Assembly: GCA_963803705.1 (NCBI GenBank)
Contig: CAWDNU010000003.1
Location: 160,001-224,000 of the forward strand
Direction of reading: 5' to 3'
DNA length: 64,000 nt
Source: an uncultured Pseudobdellovibrionaceae bacterium
GTDB lineage: Bacteria; Bdellovibrionota; Bdellovibrionia; Bdellovibrionales; UBA1609
In this document: positions 61,235 through 64,000 of the stretch, piece by piece
Numbering within the stretch: position 1 is the stretch's first letter
Layout: the number at the start of each line of letters is the position of its first letter
Notes under the pieces: generated by a model
Database searches by the model: none
Told to the model about the DNA's origin: nothing
Seen by the model: the letters and a program-made list of their open reading frames with translations, nothing else
Position numbers and translations under genes: made by a program

Positions 61235-64000
61235 ATGAAAGCATTCTTAAAAATAGGTGGTCTTCAGAAGGCACCATTAACTTTAATATCAGAAAGTTTA
61301 AAAATAGCTTTATTCTTAGTTTTTTCTTCACTTTTATTCGCTGGGTGCGGAGAAGAGCGCGAAAACAAATTCTTATCAAAAATTGAAGTTTTTGATAAAT
61401 CCTTAATCGATACTAATCAAGAGTATTTGTATATTCCGTCAACGGATCAAGTTTCTAGGACCACCCAAGTTGGTCGTCCATTTTTCCAAGGCCAAGAGGA
61501 GATTGTAAAACTAAAATTTGAAAAAGATTTTTTAGTAGCTTATGTTCAAGAGACAGATCCAAGATTTAGTGACAATCCAACAAATAATAAACCCGCATTC
61601 AGGATACCGATCACCCATGTTGATTACCGCGAGGCTAAAGATCCATTCGGTGAGGGAACAAACATTGAAGAAAAAAATGAGTATATCGAATGGTATAAGC
61701 GCAGGTTCTTTGAGCCTAAACCTCAATCCTTTGAATTTTCTGCAGTAAGCACTCTTCCTGCTGAAATCGATAATATTTTTGGAGACAGTTGTTCTAGAAA
61801 AGTTGGTCAGTCTGAGCTATCGTTCGAAGTACAATTAGATCGGATAGATATCGTAATAAAAAGGGATTTTAACACCAATTACTTTTGTGTAAATGTGAAC
61901 GATCTTTCTGACTTGGCTTGGTCTGAGGTGACACACTATTCATTAGTTCCATTAAACAAAATGATCTCTAAAGATTATGAAACGATTGTCTATGACAGAG
62001 ATTGGGAAAGGACTTTTGGTTTTTTCGATAATAAAGAAAGCAAAGTCGATAGCTCAAATAACGACACCCAAGATCAAGAAGTTTATTATATGCACAGATG
62101 GAATCCCAACAGAGAAACCATCACATATCATTTGGATCCTAGGTTCGAAAAACCAGAAAATAAGAACATAAAGCAAGCCACACTTTTAGGAATTCAAAGG
62201 CTCAACGACGGCCTTGCAACAGCTGGCGTGAAATTTAGAATTCAAGCTGTCGATGGCGGTCCAAATTTAAGGCCAGGAGACCTAAATGTTTCTTCAATTG
62301 TATTAGTTGAAGATCCTTTGGCCGTCGGGCTTCTAGGATACGGACCTTCTGTAGCTAACCCTAGAACTGGCGAAATCGTACAGGCCAGGACGGTTATGTA
62401 TCCTGGTATAATGAAAAAGTTTATTAGACGGGCTTATGACGAGCTTTATAAAGAAGAGCTCAATGTAAAACGAAGTGCAAAAGCTAAGACTGTGACCCTT
62501 ACTAATTCTGCAGACGCCTCGGTTTTAAATTCCTCTGAAGATGCGCTTAGCTCAGAAAACCTTATAACTTTGCAGGCTATAAAAGCTGGATTGGAAAATA
62601 AACTTCTAGCCTATAAAAGAAATTCTAATTGGAACACCTTTTCAGGTGATCTAGCAAAATTTAATGACTTGAATCAGCAGGGGGGCGTTACTTCCGGTGG
62701 AAATGTTAGTGGTGAAATTGGGAACTTGTCATCTTCAAATATTGTAAATAAGTGGACTGATTTAATGAAGTATGGTGCTAAAGCCCTATTCAATGACACT
62801 GCATTTTCACTAAGAACAATTTTCAACGGTTTTAAAAATAAATCAGATGACGAATTTGATTTAGATCATCTAGACGCTATTGAAGTATTATCAAAACACA
62901 ATATGACTCCGGCCAGGATAGAGGCTTTTGTGGATATTAAAGACGAGGATTTGAAAAAGACAATTCTAAGTTTGGGTAAAAATCGCCAATGGCATCAGCT
63001 TGATGATACGACAAGGGCAGAAATAGTTGACATCATGCTGCCCTTTGTTTGGATCCCCACCTTGATTCACGAGATAGGCCATAACCTGGGGTTAAGACAT
63101 AATTTTGCGGGATCAGAGGATGAAGACAACTTTTATTCAGATGCGGAGTTAAAATCATTAGGCCTAGAATCTAAGTATGGTTCGCCGTATTCGTCTATGA
63201 TGGAATATACTAAATCTGAAATCACCGGATTAAGAGTTCCAGGAAAATATGACATTGCAGCTTTAAGATATGGCTACTTGCAAAAAGTAGAGCTTCAAGA
63301 CGGAGCTATTGTGCCTGTGACTGCTAAGCCAGATGAATTAAATTTAAAAAACTTTGAGTATTGCTCTGATGAAGGTGTGTCATTAAATCCAAACTGTAAT
63401 CGCTTTGACGAAGGGGTTGGCTATATTGAGATCGCAAACTCGATCATCGGCAGCTACTATGAAAATTATAAGCTAGTGAACTTTAGAAGTGGCCGCTCTA
63501 ATTTTTCTATGATGGATGATATAATGTATGCTTCACGAGTAAATCAGCAGTTTCGCTCGCTTAGGTTAATGCATGAACGCGTCACTGACATCATCTTAGA
63601 TTTTGATATTCCTTTGTCCGAGATAAAAGAGATCGAGTGGTTAAATGAGATGAACGAAGGTTCAAAAATAGCAGCTCAATTTCTGAAAAATGTTGTTGCT
63701 GAGCCTGACTACTCCTGCGTAATTTTTAGAGATAAAAAATTTAATGGCGTTGTTAGGTTTTCTGAAATCGCAGGTTTTTCCGGCGCTAAGAAATGTGCTG
63801 ACGTGCCATTGAATGCGAGCTTCGAAGTGGTGGGTGAGCTAGGTAGGCGCTATAACCACGAAAAGTTTAGAGACAATCCAAATATTTATCTTGATCAGAT
63901 TGATGTTCGAGGTGTTTGGATGGATAAGCTTTTAGCTCTTAGGTATTTGGTTGCTAGAAATTTAAATGAGTACTCATTTGACGATCACACGCTTAGTTAT
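61235..64000 (+). CDS. Large zinc-dependent metalloprotease lipoprotein, partial (runs off the window; absent from the ORF track)
   Basis: GGGAGGGG RBS, ATG 61235, lipobox FAGC, GYGPSVANPRTGE, HEIGHNLGLRHNF at ~63068, SSMMEY, GKYDIAALRYGY; same frame throughout. Confidence 0.88.
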   Translation, partial: MKAFLKIGGLQKAPLTLISESLKIALFLVFSSLLFAGCGEERENKFLSKIEVFDKSLIDTNQEYLYIPSTDQVSRTTQVGRPFFQGQEEIVKLKFEKDFLVAYVQETDPRFSDNPTNNKPAFRIPITHVDYREAKDPFGEGTNIEEKNEYIEWYKRRFFEPKPQSFEFSAVSTLPAEIDNIFGDSCSRKVGQSELSFEVQLDRIDIVIKRDFNTNYFCVNVNDLSDLAWSEVTHYSLVPLNKMISKDYETIVYDRDWERTFGFFDNKESKVDSSNNDTQDQEVYYMHRWNPNRETITYHLDPRFEKPENKNIKQATLLGIQRLNDGLATAGVKFRIQAVDGGPNLRPGDLNVSSIVLVEDPLAVGLLGYGPSVANPRTGEIVQARTVMYPGIMKKFIRRAYDELYKEELNVKRSAKAKTVTLTNSADASVLNSSEDALSSENLITLQAIKAGLENKLLAYKRNSNWNTFSGDLAKFNDLNQQGGVTSGGNVSGEIGNLSSSNIVNKWTDLMKYGAKALFNDTAFSLRTIFNGFKNKSDDEFDLDHLDAIEVLSKHNMTPARIEAFVDIKDEDLKKTILSLGKNRQWHQLDDTTRAEIVDIMLPFVWIPTLIHEIGHNLGLRHNFAGSEDEDNFYSDAELKSLGLESKYGSPYSSMMEYTKSEITGLRVPGKYDIAALRYGYLQKVELQDGAIVPVTAKPDELNLKNFEYCSDEGVSLNPNCNRFDEGVGYIEIANSIIGSYYENYKLVNFRSGRSNFSMMDDIMYASRVNQQFRSLRLMHERVTDIILDFDIPLSEIKEIEWLNEMNEGSKIAAQFLKNVVAEPDYSCVIFRDKKFNGVVRFSEIAGFSGAKKCADVPLNASFEVVGELGRRYNHEKFRDNPNIYLDQIDVRGVWMDKLLALRYLVARNLNEYSFDDHTLSY

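Noticed and set aside
61532..62171. Short ORFs 61532..61726, 61542..61748 and 61977..62171
   Set aside because: All lie inside the long protease reading frame starting at 61235, which the track missed because it has no stop in the window

Overview
AT-rich bacterial chromosomal window, most likely from a Bdellovibrionota-type (predatory) organism. This is inferred from the FxQNC-type lipoproteins, many orphan secreted proteins and the HExGHxxGLRHNF protease family; it is not proven. Positions 1-11.6 kb are a heavy-metal resistance island abutting the 3' end of tRNA-Asp(GTC). It carries a Cu P-type ATPase, a heme-c protein, a PepSY protein, arsR-acr3-arsH-arsC, an APC permease, ppk2 and a multicopper oxidase fused to a barrel, and three of its genes are broken by +1 insertions. 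The rest is mostly backbone (cysS, cdd, folE2-fur-uvrA, HD-GYP, maf, lgt, typA, trpS, photolyase) mixed with secreted-protein loci. The most striking pattern is three copies of a two-gene module: a small paralogous outer-membrane beta-barrel immediately followed by a very large lipoprotein zinc metalloprotease. A fourth locus (barrel + lipoprotein + extracellular nuclease) lies behind a Pho-box-like repeat. Non-coding oddities include two 160-200 nt near-perfect nested hairpins (one covers a signal-peptide coding region), a 3x22-bp tandem repeat and a solo IS3-like end.
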